Virus record (IMG/VR): IMGVR_UViG_3300043394_000609 | Strand: one strand, 5' to 3' | Origin: a virus | Taxonomy: Duplodnaviria > Caudoviricetes | DNA: 64,000 nucleotides | Shown: positions 10,268-19,058 of the stretch, in pieces | Layout of the letters: every line of letters starts with the position of its first letter | Numbering within the stretch: the stretch's first letter is position 1 | Notes under the pieces: generated by a model | Told to the model about the DNA's origin: nothing | Database searches by the model: none | The model's input: only the letters and a program-made list of their open reading frames with translations | Position numbers and translations under genes: made by a program

Positions 10268-10460
10268 AACCTATTATAATAAGTAGTTTGTCCCAGAATG
10301 TTTTTTTATTTTGTTCTTTTTTTTCTTTTTGGAAGAATTTAGTCTTGTCCATCTGCTTGATCTCCTCGATCATCTTCATCTTGCTCGCTTGAATCGCTTT
10401 CTGGTCCTTCTCCATTTCCTTCTCCAACCAGGTTATCCCCTTTTGTATTTCTTTGCTCAT
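10242..10460 (-). CDS. Hypothetical coiled-coil protein
   Basis: 72 aa, K/E-rich; overlaps both neighbours. Confidence 0.55.
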   Translation of the reverse strand: MSKEIQKGITWLEKEMEKDQKAIQASKMKMIEEIKQMDKTKFFQKEKKEQNKKTFWDKLLIIIGYAKKRGDL

Positions 10461-10830
10461 CTTCTTCTAAAAAATTTAGTTCTTTTAGTTTATCTAAAGA
10501 TTGGTTTTTAAATAATGATTTTAATTCGTCAACTTTTTGTTTAAACAGTCGTTCTTTTTGTTCAATCTCTATATTGTGGTTAATAATTTCAACTGCGCAA
10601 AGTCTGGCGGTGTTATAACCTTCTTGGTTAGCCACAGAAATCAATGAGACCAATTGGAATTTATCGTTTTTATCCTGAACTTTAAAATTCATTGATTTAT
10701 ATTGATTCACCACTTCCTGCACATGTTCTAATTTCCACGTTGTTGGTATTCTGATGTCAAGACTCACATTTTCCCCGACCTCTCTTAAAGAGAAGAAATA
10801 GGGTCTTAAATTTGATATTAATTCGTACAC
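10339..10830 (-). CDS. Hypothetical protein with acidic tail
   Basis: GTG start overlapping the upstream TAG stop. Confidence 0.65.
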   Translation of the reverse strand: MYELISNLRPYFFSLREVGENVSLDIRIPTTWKLEHVQEVVNQYKSMNFKVQDKNDKFQLVSLISVANQEGYNTARLCAVEIINHNIEIEQKERLFKQKVDELKSLFKNQSLDKLKELNFLEEDEQRNTKGDNLVGEGNGEGPESDSSEQDEDDRGDQADGQD

Positions 10831-11012
10831 TATATTACTATTAAATAACTTATTACGTAAGCACTTGCCAAATAAAGCAACACCTCACTTATTTTGTTCA
10901 CTTCCATTGGTTTTGGATCTTCATCCTTAAACCTAATAAGGAAAGCAAAAACATACCTTAGTAAAAATATTAAACTAAGGACCAAGAAATATACACTAAT
11001 TTGTTGCATCAT
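10830..11012 (-). CDS. Small two-TM membrane protein
   Basis: Two hydrophobic helices separated by a charged loop. Confidence 0.65.
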   Translation of the reverse strand: MMQQISVYFLVLSLIFLLRYVFAFLIRFKDEDPKPMEVNKISEVLLYLASAYVISYLIVI

Positions 11013-11184
11013 GACGTTTTATTTCATCTAGAACTTCTTTCCTGTACCCACTGATTAAAGTTTTAAGCTCTTGAGCATTTTTTCTAGCTCTTATAGAAGC
11101 GCTTCTATTACCCTTCAGAAATACTTTTTGAGTGTCAACAGACATCTTCTCAACTAAGTCTTTTATCTTTTTTAAAGTTTCCAT
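10996..11184 (-). CDS. Histone H1-like Hc1-family nucleoid protein
   Basis: KGNRSASIRARKNAQELK matches the Hc1 motif KGNKAAGxRARK. Confidence 0.75.
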   Translation of the reverse strand: METLKKIKDLVEKMSVDTQKVFLKGNRSASIRARKNAQELKTLISGYRKEVLDEIKRHDATN

Positions 11185-11251
11185 GTTTATTTGTTTTAAA
11201 CTAATATACCAAAAAATATTGGTTTATTAAACCCAATATCGGGAATTTTTT

Positions 11252-11701
11252 TTATTTCTTAAGATTTAGCTCTAGCAATTTATACATTTCAGTTAAAATA
11301 TCTAACTCAGATCTGGTCTTTTTGTAGTCAAAAGTAAACAGTTTGTGGAAGTACTCCTTAATCCTAAATGAATTAACATCATTGATATAAAACGCTTCTT
11401 GAAAGAACAACCAAAAGTAATCATGGTGTTCACCTCGTTCACGTAAAAGTATTGATTCTTTCTCTAAGTCTGAAATGAGTTTATCCCAACACCAGTTGAA
11501 ATGATTTTTTTGATCTACTTGTGCTGATAATAATTCCGGACCCATATACGTGGATTCCACTAATTCATATAATGAAAGAACGAAGTCATAAAATAACTCC
11601 GTTCGTTCTCTTGTAATGTTGTATGCTTTGTACCAAACCTCAGCTTGGTTTTTAAAATCTTCGGAAGCAATAAACTCCAAATAACTTCTCTTGTTCCCCA
11701 T
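11252..11701 (-). CDS. Hypothetical protein
   Basis: 149-aa helical ORF with TATATTAG 4 nt upstream of the ATG. Confidence 0.7.
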   Translation of the reverse strand: MGNKRSYLEFIASEDFKNQAEVWYKAYNITRERTELFYDFVLSLYELVESTYMGPELLSAQVDQKNHFNWCWDKLISDLEKESILLRERGEHHDYFWLFFQEAFYINDVNSFRIKEYFHKLFTFDYKKTRSELDILTEMYKLLELNLKK

Positions 11702-11748
11702 GTAGCTAATATAATGTTTTTTATGGAAAAAAGAAAAGAAATAATTAA

Positions 11749-13119
11749 TTATTGTGTCTTTTTGTTGTATGAAAGCATTTCCTTCATTCTGTTCATTTCT
11801 TCACTAAGAATATTCTGGTTTGTTTCAGATTCATTTACTTCTTTAACAGGTTGCGGATCTTTCTCGTACATCGGAGCATCTTCAATTGCTTTCTTTCTTC
11901 TTTCTACTTTCTTGATCATTTTCTCACCCAATTTACTTGGAATTACATTCGCAGCATCATGTGAGTTACCCATTTTAGTGTCACCAATTAAAGACATTTT
12001 TAATCTTTCTTTGAATGAATCAGATGGTTCGTAATCATAATCTAAATCTTCCATTCCACCACCTCTGTTGTCAGCAACCTCTTCATCTTGCTCTTCAGTG
12101 TTTTGTCTCGCAACTTTTTCACCTTTACCAATTTGTTTTGGGAACTCTGGGTTATCATTACCATCAAATGATAATGAATCTTTAATTTTCTTTTCGGTAT
12201 CTGCTAATGCTTTTTTGTTTTCTTCACCGCTACCTTTATGTGCCGCTTGATAACTAACCATTCCTGGGATAGCAGCTTCAGCAATATTTTTAATCATTTG
12301 AACCAATTCTTTTTCAGTTAATCTAATTGTGTTCTTTGTTTTAATTTCAGATTCATACATTGTTCCACTACATTCTGAACATACACCCTCTTCATTTAAC
12401 ATGCTACCACATTCTGAACAAGTTTGTTCTTCTTCTTTCATTTCAGAACCACATTCCATGCACTCTTCGTTTTCATCTACTTCAGAATATAAAGCATCCA
12501 TATAAGTTGATACACCTTCGTTATTAGCCCAGTTATCCGAATCGTGAGGATCGATATCATGTTTTTTTAATGCACCAGCTGTAAGGATTTTAAAATCTTT
12601 TGGATCCCAGTCATTATCTTTGATGTCTTGTTTACACCAGTTCGCGATTTCAGATCGGTCCATACCAGATTCATATTCCCAACCACTAAAGATTTTACCG
12701 TTTTCTTTGTTAACTGCAAAATGTGTGTATGATGGGTCAACTTCCCAATTACCTTCTTTAACTTCTTCTTCCGAATCACCAGAACGAAGTTTTGCAAAAT
12801 CATCTGCATCGATTTTACCATTACCATTAGCATCAATTTTTTCTTGATTACCAACTAATGTTTCATCAAGTTCGTCAGACATACCGTCTAACTCATCAAT
12901 TGATGGTTTAACACCTTTCTCAATGATAAACTCTTTACCTTCATCATTATATGATTGTAATTTTTCTTCCGCCTCTTCTTGTGTGTCACACATCTCGATT
13001 GGTTTACCTTGTTTATCTTTGATCATATAAACTTCTTCAGCGTTTTCCATAATGATAGCTTTTCTAATTTCAGACGATACGGCCTGTTCTATTATTTGTT
13101 TTAAATTAACTCTTTTCAT
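11749..13119 (-). CDS. Acidic putative prohead-core/internal head protein
   Basis: EF-hand-like DANGNGKIDADDFAKLR, three CxECG-type motifs, IRLTEKEL and LSEEMNRMK motifs, TATTTAT motif upstream. Confidence 0.5.
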   Translation of the reverse strand: MKRVNLKQIIEQAVSSEIRKAIIMENAEEVYMIKDKQGKPIEMCDTQEEAEEKLQSYNDEGKEFIIEKGVKPSIDELDGMSDELDETLVGNQEKIDANGNGKIDADDFAKLRSGDSEEEVKEGNWEVDPSYTHFAVNKENGKIFSGWEYESGMDRSEIANWCKQDIKDNDWDPKDFKILTAGALKKHDIDPHDSDNWANNEGVSTYMDALYSEVDENEECMECGSEMKEEEQTCSECGSMLNEEGVCSECSGTMYESEIKTKNTIRLTEKELVQMIKNIAEAAIPGMVSYQAAHKGSGEENKKALADTEKKIKDSLSFDGNDNPEFPKQIGKGEKVARQNTEEQDEEVADNRGGGMEDLDYDYEPSDSFKERLKMSLIGDTKMGNSHDAANVIPSKLGEKMIKKVERRKKAIEDAPMYEKDPQPVKEVNESETNQNILSEEMNRMKEMLSYNKKTQ

Positions 13120-13120
13120 A

Positions 13121-14053
13121 CTAAATAAATATCTCTTTAATTTCTTTTGACACTAAATTTTCAACATCTTTTACCGATAAACCATGTTTTTCTGCGTTTT
13201 CAACAATTGCTTGATCTAGCCCGTTTATTTCTTTCATAATTTCAATTGCATTTATTCCCTGATTACAATATGGAAATTTTTTACATTTTTCTTTAACCTT
13301 AACAAAGACAGCATCTGGTCCACCCCATTTAGGAAATTTCTTGTCCTTAACTGCTCTACTTTTAGCAATACTTTTAACACCACCTATCTTTAATGGGTTC
13401 TTACCCCCATCGCCAAAAGGAGCATCGTATGCTCCGGAAGATGACGCGTCAACTGCTTCTTCAACTTCGGTTTGTTGTTCAGTTAATTTAGCATTATATA
13501 TTTTTTGAATGTTTGCTTTTGTTTGAACCGGACTAAACGCCCCTTCGAATGAACCGGAAGAACTTGAATCTGTTTGTTCTTTGGTATCTTTAGGAACACA
13601 GTTTGGTACGTCCTTACCGTTCTTTTTCTTCATTCCAACCATTTTGTAGTTAGACCAACAATCTTCTTTTACATCTGATTTCATGTTTTCATTAATTTTT
13701 TCTTTTGTCATATCAACAACCCATAATTTAGGATCAATTCCATTTTTTATCATTCCAGCTGTTCTGGTGTTACCACCTAATAAATCATAATCAGTGTCAC
13801 TAAATTTAACAGCAATTGGTAATTCAAGTACTCCGGTGGCAAAATGTTTTTCAAAACGTTCTTTCTTTTCCGGGTCTAATAATTCAAAATCTAAATCAAC
13901 ATTACTTAAAACATCTTTTATTTTTGAATAATCAGTAATGAACCCATTTTCTTTAGCCAATTCAATCCAAGCGTCTTTACCGATTCTTTCAAATTCTCGA
14001 TAACGAAGTGCTTCTAGATACTCATGTCCAAAATCAGGGAACTTATATTGCAT
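13121..14053 (-). CDS. Putative internal virion protein with ParB/Srx-like N-domain
   Basis: LPIAV...YDLLGGNTR resembles the ParB/Srx motif; CWxNY..GMKKKNGK.VPNCVP module. Confidence 0.45.
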   Translation of the reverse strand: MQYKFPDFGHEYLEALRYREFERIGKDAWIELAKENGFITDYSKIKDVLSNVDLDFELLDPEKKERFEKHFATGVLELPIAVKFSDTDYDLLGGNTRTAGMIKNGIDPKLWVVDMTKEKINENMKSDVKEDCWSNYKMVGMKKKNGKDVPNCVPKDTKEQTDSSSSGSFEGAFSPVQTKANIQKIYNAKLTEQQTEVEEAVDASSSGAYDAPFGDGGKNPLKIGGVKSIAKSRAVKDKKFPKWGGPDAVFVKVKEKCKKFPYCNQGINAIEIMKEINGLDQAIVENAEKHGLSVKDVENLVSKEIKEIFI

Positions 14054-14292
14054 TACCTAATGTTTTTAATTGCACCTTCCCAAAAACCTTTTCGTTGCCA
14101 TAGTGTTTTAAACAACTCAACAACTACTTTGGTTGAAAGATCAATAATTTTATCGTCTATTTTTTTGGTGCCCAACTCTTTCTGGATTACTTTAATAACA
14201 ATGTCGTGCGCTTTAGTTGTGTCTAAGAAGTTTTTAACTTCTTTTTGTACAATCTTTTCAATTTCTTTCTTATCGTCGTTACTTAGTGCCAT
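14053..14292 (-). CDS. Hypothetical protein
   Basis: 79 aa, coupled to the next gene by TAATG. Confidence 0.65.
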   Translation of the reverse strand: MALSNDDKKEIEKIVQKEVKNFLDTTKAHDIVIKVIQKELGTKKIDDKIIDLSTKVVVELFKTLWQRKGFWEGAIKNIR

Positions 14293-14294
14293 TG

Positions 14295-14831
14295 TTAGTT
14301 AGTTTTTCTAGTAACCATCATTCCATTAACAACATCTTCATAAGTGTGTTGGAATTTATTTAATTTGTTTAATATCTCAACTGTTTCGTTATTTAAAACT
14401 AACATATCGGCATTAACATATAAACCACGTTCATTACCAGCAATGAAAACAAATCCAAGATCTAAGTTACCGATGGAACCATCTAAACGAATGCTTTCTG
14501 GATATATGTTGAATCCTTCATCAAAGTCAGCAATTTCACTAACTTGTGCTCTAAAATTATCAATTAATTGACTGATCTCAGTCTTTTCTTCATCTGATAA
14601 AACTAAATCTGCTTTATCTGAACTATGTAGTTTAACCTCAACATCATTAACAACAATAAAATCAGTGTCTTGTTGTTCTGGTTGTGGTTGGTTATCTTGT
14701 TCTTCTGGAGCAGCGAATTCTTCGCTCTCACTAATCATTTTCTTTGTTGACGCAACGGATTCATTAAGATTTCTCATTGTATTGAGCATCTTTTTTATTC
14801 CATCATATCCTAAATTCTGCTTGTTTGACAT
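14295..14831 (-). CDS. Hypothetical acidic protein (possible head-internal)
   Basis: ATG at 14831 lies downstream of TATTTATA at 14874-14881; LNE and ISE motifs. Confidence 0.6.
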   Translation of the reverse strand: MSNKQNLGYDGIKKMLNTMRNLNESVASTKKMISESEEFAAPEEQDNQPQPEQQDTDFIVVNDVEVKLHSSDKADLVLSDEEKTEISQLIDNFRAQVSEIADFDEGFNIYPESIRLDGSIGNLDLGFVFIAGNERGLYVNADMLVLNNETVEILNKLNKFQHTYEDVVNGMMVTRKTN

Positions 14832-15417
14832 TTTCTTCAAAAATATTAAAATTAAACGAAGGGTTTATATCTGTATAAATATCCAGGAAATTCGATTTAC
14901 TGACAATACCATTAATGTTTTTTGCGTTTTCAATATAACCTGACGATGGAACACAGAAATAGTTCACATCATATTTGACACACAAGATTAAACAAAGATC
15001 AGCTAATGCTTGTGTCTGTTCCTTAGAGTAGGTGTCCCAGTACTGGTGACCACGCCAATTACGAAGTAATGGTATCCCTCTAAATGAATCACCAATCCAA
15101 TTATTGTATATTCGTGTTATTGTGTTTTTATTTAACCACCCTAAATTTTCAATAGCAATTTTTATTTGTTTATTGTCAATTTTAGGGTCACCAAATGTGG
15201 AACTACTATATTCCGGCTCCATTATTTTGTAAACTTTACCCATTTTAGTAATGCAAAAATGGGGAATATCCCCATATTTACCATTTCTACGATACTTAAG
15301 TTTCATTATAAAGTCGTCAAACCTTCTAGTTGTGTCATACAACATAATTTGACTTTTATTTGTTTTTCTTTTCTTATAATTAAGATTACGAATTTCTACG
15401 TCGTGAATTTCTAACAT
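14803..15417 (-). CDS. Amidase_2-fold protein, apparently catalytically degenerate
   Basis: QIMLYDT..PHFCITKMGKV..IKIAIEN.G..WRG..YSKEQ..GIVSK..TDINP follows the N-acetylmuramoyl-L-Ala amidase layout but lacks the Zn-binding His residues. Confidence 0.7.
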   Translation of the reverse strand: MLEIHDVEIRNLNYKKRKTNKSQIMLYDTTRRFDDFIMKLKYRRNGKYGDIPHFCITKMGKVYKIMEPEYSSSTFGDPKIDNKQIKIAIENLGWLNKNTITRIYNNWIGDSFRGIPLLRNWRGHQYWDTYSKEQTQALADLCLILCVKYDVNYFCVPSSGYIENAKNINGIVSKSNFLDIYTDINPSFNFNIFEENVKQAEFRI

Positions 15418-15616
15418 TTCTTGGTATTATTTTATTACCGATCTTTATGAAAGACATTTGAGGTATCGGTTTATTATCCGGTATTTCTTCCTCGTATAAA
15501 GATTCTTCTTTATCGTCTTCAACTTCTTCAACCATTCCTTCAAAAATATCCCCAGATTCTAAATATAATTCATCAACTTCATCAATAACTGGTTCTTGTT
15601 CAGGTTCAATTAAATC
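15386..15616 (-). CDS. -1 frame C-terminal extension (76 aa) of the 15610..16941 protein
   Basis: Open frame DLIEPEQEPVIDEVDELYLESG...RNSRRRNS* entered by a -1 shift at T TTA AAA AAA AAG. Confidence 0.65.
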   Translation of the reverse strand, partial: DLIEPEQEPVIDEVDELYLESGDIFEGMVEEVEDDKEESLYEEEIPDNKPIPQMSFIKIGNKIIPRNVRNSRRRNS

Positions 15617-16941
15617 TTTTTTTTTAAATCTTCGTCTTCTTGATCTTCGATTTGTTCAATCTCGTATTGCTTCCAAAGATCATTAGTTGTGTCTTGATCA
15701 TTGAAAGTATCTTCAACTACAATATTTTCAACTGGTGCTTGGACTTCTTCAATATTTACTTTTTGTATAACTGGTTCCTGTTGAATCATATCAAAGTCAT
15801 CACCAAATGAATCATGATTTAAATCCCAAATTGGATCTTCAATTAATTCTTCAATGTCTTGTTCGTTTTGGTATTGTTCTAATTCTTCAGGCGTTACTTC
15901 TGGTACTGATGTGAATTGTTCAATTAATTTTTCTAATTGTGATTTTTCCAAATGTTCATAAACATAGTCCTGCATGACATCTTCTTTAACCACCAATTCC
16001 GGCATGAATTCATCATCGATTAATACTTGTTCAGGTTCTTCCTGTAAAACAGTTTCAACAATTGGTTCCTCTGCGGGAATTATTTGAGGTTCTTCATCAG
16101 TTTTTGTATCTTCCTGTAAAACAGGTTGTTCATCTGGAACCAATGAAATAGTTTCATCATTATTTGTTAATACAACCTCTGGCATGAAATCATTCGCCGA
16201 AGGTAAATCATCAGTGTTAACTAGTTCGGTGTTTTGGGTGAAATCGTTACCTGTTGGTGTATTTTCAATTATGTCATTCTTAACTAAGTCGTCATATTTT
16301 TTTGCCGCACTAACTAATTTTTCATTAGGTGGTTGCGGATTTAGCAACGCATTTTGAAGTATTTCTAGATCTTCATCGCTTAATCTAATTCTAGATACCT
16401 CGCCAATTATATCTTTAGCGTCAATCACTTCGTTTGGTAAAGGTTCAGATTTAATCTTAGCATCTTCAATCGCTTTGTCTTCTTCAGTGAACTTAACTAA
16501 CATGTGTAAGAAAGAAAGTGATATTAACGGTAACATACCACCAGCAAAAAACGCTAAGAAACGTTTATGTCCAGCAAAATCTGTTGGATCAACACCCATG
16601 AATTCTACTAATGGTGAAACTAACCCAACCCAATCTTTAAATTCCTTAGACGTAATATCAATATAGGAATACGCAAAATATATATTACCAATAAATTGCA
16701 CTATCGTTACTATTGCAAATGGAAAATAAACTTTCTTGCCCATGTTTGCTGATATTGCAGCTAATGCTGATAATGCGGCAATCTCAATACCTACTGAAAG
16801 ATATGCGGCCCAAGAAACAGGGTTTGATAGCCCATACCATTTCGTTACGTGTGATATAGAAACAATTGCCACGGTTATGATCGGAACCAAAAACGCAGCA
16901 ATAATTAATGTTTTATAATTTTTTTCGAACCAGTATTTCAT
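15610..16941 (-). CDS. Multi-pass membrane protein with long acidic tail
   Basis: About four TM helices in the first 150 aa, then a D/E/P-rich disordered region. Confidence 0.8.
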   Translation of the reverse strand: MKYWFEKNYKTLIIAAFLVPIITVAIVSISHVTKWYGLSNPVSWAAYLSVGIEIAALSALAAISANMGKKVYFPFAIVTIVQFIGNIYFAYSYIDITSKEFKDWVGLVSPLVEFMGVDPTDFAGHKRFLAFFAGGMLPLISLSFLHMLVKFTEEDKAIEDAKIKSEPLPNEVIDAKDIIGEVSRIRLSDEDLEILQNALLNPQPPNEKLVSAAKKYDDLVKNDIIENTPTGNDFTQNTELVNTDDLPSANDFMPEVVLTNNDETISLVPDEQPVLQEDTKTDEEPQIIPAEEPIVETVLQEEPEQVLIDDEFMPELVVKEDVMQDYVYEHLEKSQLEKLIEQFTSVPEVTPEELEQYQNEQDIEELIEDPIWDLNHDSFGDDFDMIQQEPVIQKVNIEEVQAPVENIVVEDTFNDQDTTNDLWKQYEIEQIEDQEDEDLKKKI

Positions 16942-16944
16942 ATG

Positions 16945-17214
16945 TTACTTTAATTTAGCTTCTTCAGCTTTAATTTCTTCGTCAACTTTAATTCCACGTT
17001 CAACATCAATTAATTTTCTGTCAGTTGATTGGATCATTCGTTTTTCAGATTTTAACCCTTCAATTTTCATTTTAACTTCTAATCTCTTCTCTAAATCAGT
17101 CATTTCTTTTCTAACTTTAGCGATTTCTCTTGTGTCACCACATCCTTTGAAGAATGTTAATACTGCGATCGCTAACACGATTACTGTAAAATTGTTTTCT
17201 ACGAACTTTTTCAT
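16945..17214 (-). CDS. Membrane-anchored coiled-coil protein (possible lipoprotein/spanin-like)
   Basis: Hydrophobic N-terminus ending FFKGC, then a K/E coiled coil. Confidence 0.55.
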   Translation of the reverse strand: MKKFVENNFTVIVLAIAVLTFFKGCGDTREIAKVRKEMTDLEKRLEVKMKIEGLKSEKRMIQSTDRKLIDVERGIKVDEEIKAEEAKLK

Positions 17215-17232
17215 TGTTTAATTTTTTTACTT

Positions 17233-18048
17233 TTATAAATAGTTTATTAGAGAATAACTCTCATTTCTTAATTTCTTTAACGCCTTATCCTTCAATTGTC
17301 TAATCCTTTCTTTAGTACACCCAAATTCTTCACCTAAGTCGTCCAAGTTCTTTTCAACACCAGTTAAACCAAAGTACCCGTCAATAATTGCTTGTTCTCT
17401 TTTGTCTAATGATGACATAATTTGTTTAATACGTATTTTTAGATCTTCACCATTAATCATTAAAGTTTCTGGGTTATCCGCGTTTTGATTTGGTATTAAT
17501 TCAAGTAAAGTGTCCCCTTCCTCATTTATTTCCCTAAATAAATCAACTGTTGTTGGTAGTGGTATTAGTGGTGATGTTACAACGTCAAAAGAATATCTAC
17601 CATCATATGATGTAATTTCATCTCTTTTTTGTTTCTGAGTGTCTTGTAAAACGTTGGATGGAACTCTAATTGTTCTAGCATATTCGTTTAACGCATACAT
17701 TATTGACTGTTTAATCCACCAAACCGCGTATGAGATGAATTTATAACCTGATGTATAATCATATCGGTCAATCGCTTTTATTAACCCAATATTACCTTCG
17801 GATATTAAATCCGCAACATCTAATCCTTGGTTTTGGTATGTTTTAGCCACCGAAATGACAAATCTTAAATTACCGGTAACTAATTCATCAACAAATGCTT
17901 TTCGTTCACTTTTACTTAAGTTTTTATTTTCTTTCATGATTTTGAATATTTCAAATTCTCTGTCATGTGTAATTACTGGAATCTTCTTTAAATCCTTTAA
18001 ATAATATTGTATTTCTTCTGTTTTTGCTAATGGCGCACTTTTTTTCAT
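17233..18048 (-). CDS. Phage-encoded RpoD-family sigma70 factor, Bacteroidota type
   Basis: NLRFVISVAKTYQNQG, DLISEGNIGLIKA, KFISYAVWWIKQSI, region 4 TKERIRQLKDKALKKLR; lacks region 1.1. Confidence 0.95.
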   Translation of the reverse strand: MKKSAPLAKTEEIQYYLKDLKKIPVITHDREFEIFKIMKENKNLSKSERKAFVDELVTGNLRFVISVAKTYQNQGLDVADLISEGNIGLIKAIDRYDYTSGYKFISYAVWWIKQSIMYALNEYARTIRVPSNVLQDTQKQKRDEITSYDGRYSFDVVTSPLIPLPTTVDLFREINEEGDTLLELIPNQNADNPETLMINGEDLKIRIKQIMSSLDKREQAIIDGYFGLTGVEKNLDDLGEEFGCTKERIRQLKDKALKKLRNESYSLINYL

Positions 18049-18086
18049 TCCATAAAATTTATTTAATAAAGATACACTTTTATTTG

Positions 18087-18521
18087 TTATTTTCCAAATT
18101 GTTCAAGAAATTTTTTTTCATCTTCTGACAAACTTTCAATACCGTCGTTTTTGATCTTTTCCAATATATTATCTAGGTCATAATTCTGATTAACAACATC
18201 TTCACTATACGTGAATTTTAAAGAATCACCAGGTTTAAAAATAAAACTACTTAAACTTTCTGGTAATTCTGCCATAAGGACGGTCTTCTTTTCAAAAAGA
18301 AAATAAAACTTAACGTGGTCCAACGCCAACGTTTTTTCAAGATCCTTTTTTAACTCCGAATATTCTTTATCCGTGTCAAAAATAATAATACAATTACCTA
18401 AGCTTTCAATCACATACTTAACACCGGATTCTGATATTTGTACAAAATGTTCTAAACAGAAGAATTCAAGCTCTTCATGATCTTCAAATGACGCGTATAG
18501 GAATAATATATATGAATTCAT
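18087..18521 (-). CDS. Hypothetical protein with DUF6576-like C-terminus
   Basis: LDNILEKIKNDGIESLSEDEKKFL. Confidence 0.6.
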   Translation of the reverse strand: MNSYILFLYASFEDHEELEFFCLEHFVQISESGVKYVIESLGNCIIIFDTDKEYSELKKDLEKTLALDHVKFYFLFEKKTVLMAELPESLSSFIFKPGDSLKFTYSEDVVNQNYDLDNILEKIKNDGIESLSEDEKKFLEQFGK

Positions 18522-18572
18522 ACCTCAAGTATACAGGTTTTAATTATAAAAATACATATTTATTATTAAGAT

Positions 18573-19058
18573 ATGGCAAAAACGATACAAATTACCGAAA
18601 AACAATATCAGACAATAATGGAGTCTGCTAATAAAGCTTTGATTAATGAAGAATATACTGAAAGTGATTTTTCTATTCAAGTACCAGTAAGATTTGAAGG
18701 CCCTAGATCATTTCATGGTAGAAGTTTTGATATTACTGGGCCAACTGAAATAATGCTTAATTTTAACATCACCGTCTATTTTAATAGATACGGAGTTGAT
18801 GAGATAAGAATTGAAAATTTAAGAGGACCAAAAAGTTTAACATTATCAATTGACGCGGAACCGGAAGATGAATATGATGAAAATGGTAATTTTGTTAGTA
18901 ATGAAGAATTGGAACATAACATATCTCTTAATTGGGAAAGCGAAATAAACAAAGTTTATCCAGATAGTCGTTCAAATGTAGAAACCTCCGTCCAAGAACT
19001 TGAAATAGAACTAGACGAAGGTTTATTTGTTAAAGCTATAACTGCTTTTATTGAATAA
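18573..19058 (+). CDS. Hypothetical acidic protein with ITE-type leader
   Basis: KTIQITEKQYQTIME...LINE; TATTTATT at 18557-18564. Confidence 0.7.
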   Translation: MAKTIQITEKQYQTIMESANKALINEEYTESDFSIQVPVRFEGPRSFHGRSFDITGPTEIMLNFNITVYFNRYGVDEIRIENLRGPKSLTLSIDAEPEDEYDENGNFVSNEELEHNISLNWESEINKVYPDSRSNVETSVQELEIELDEGLFVKAITAFIE

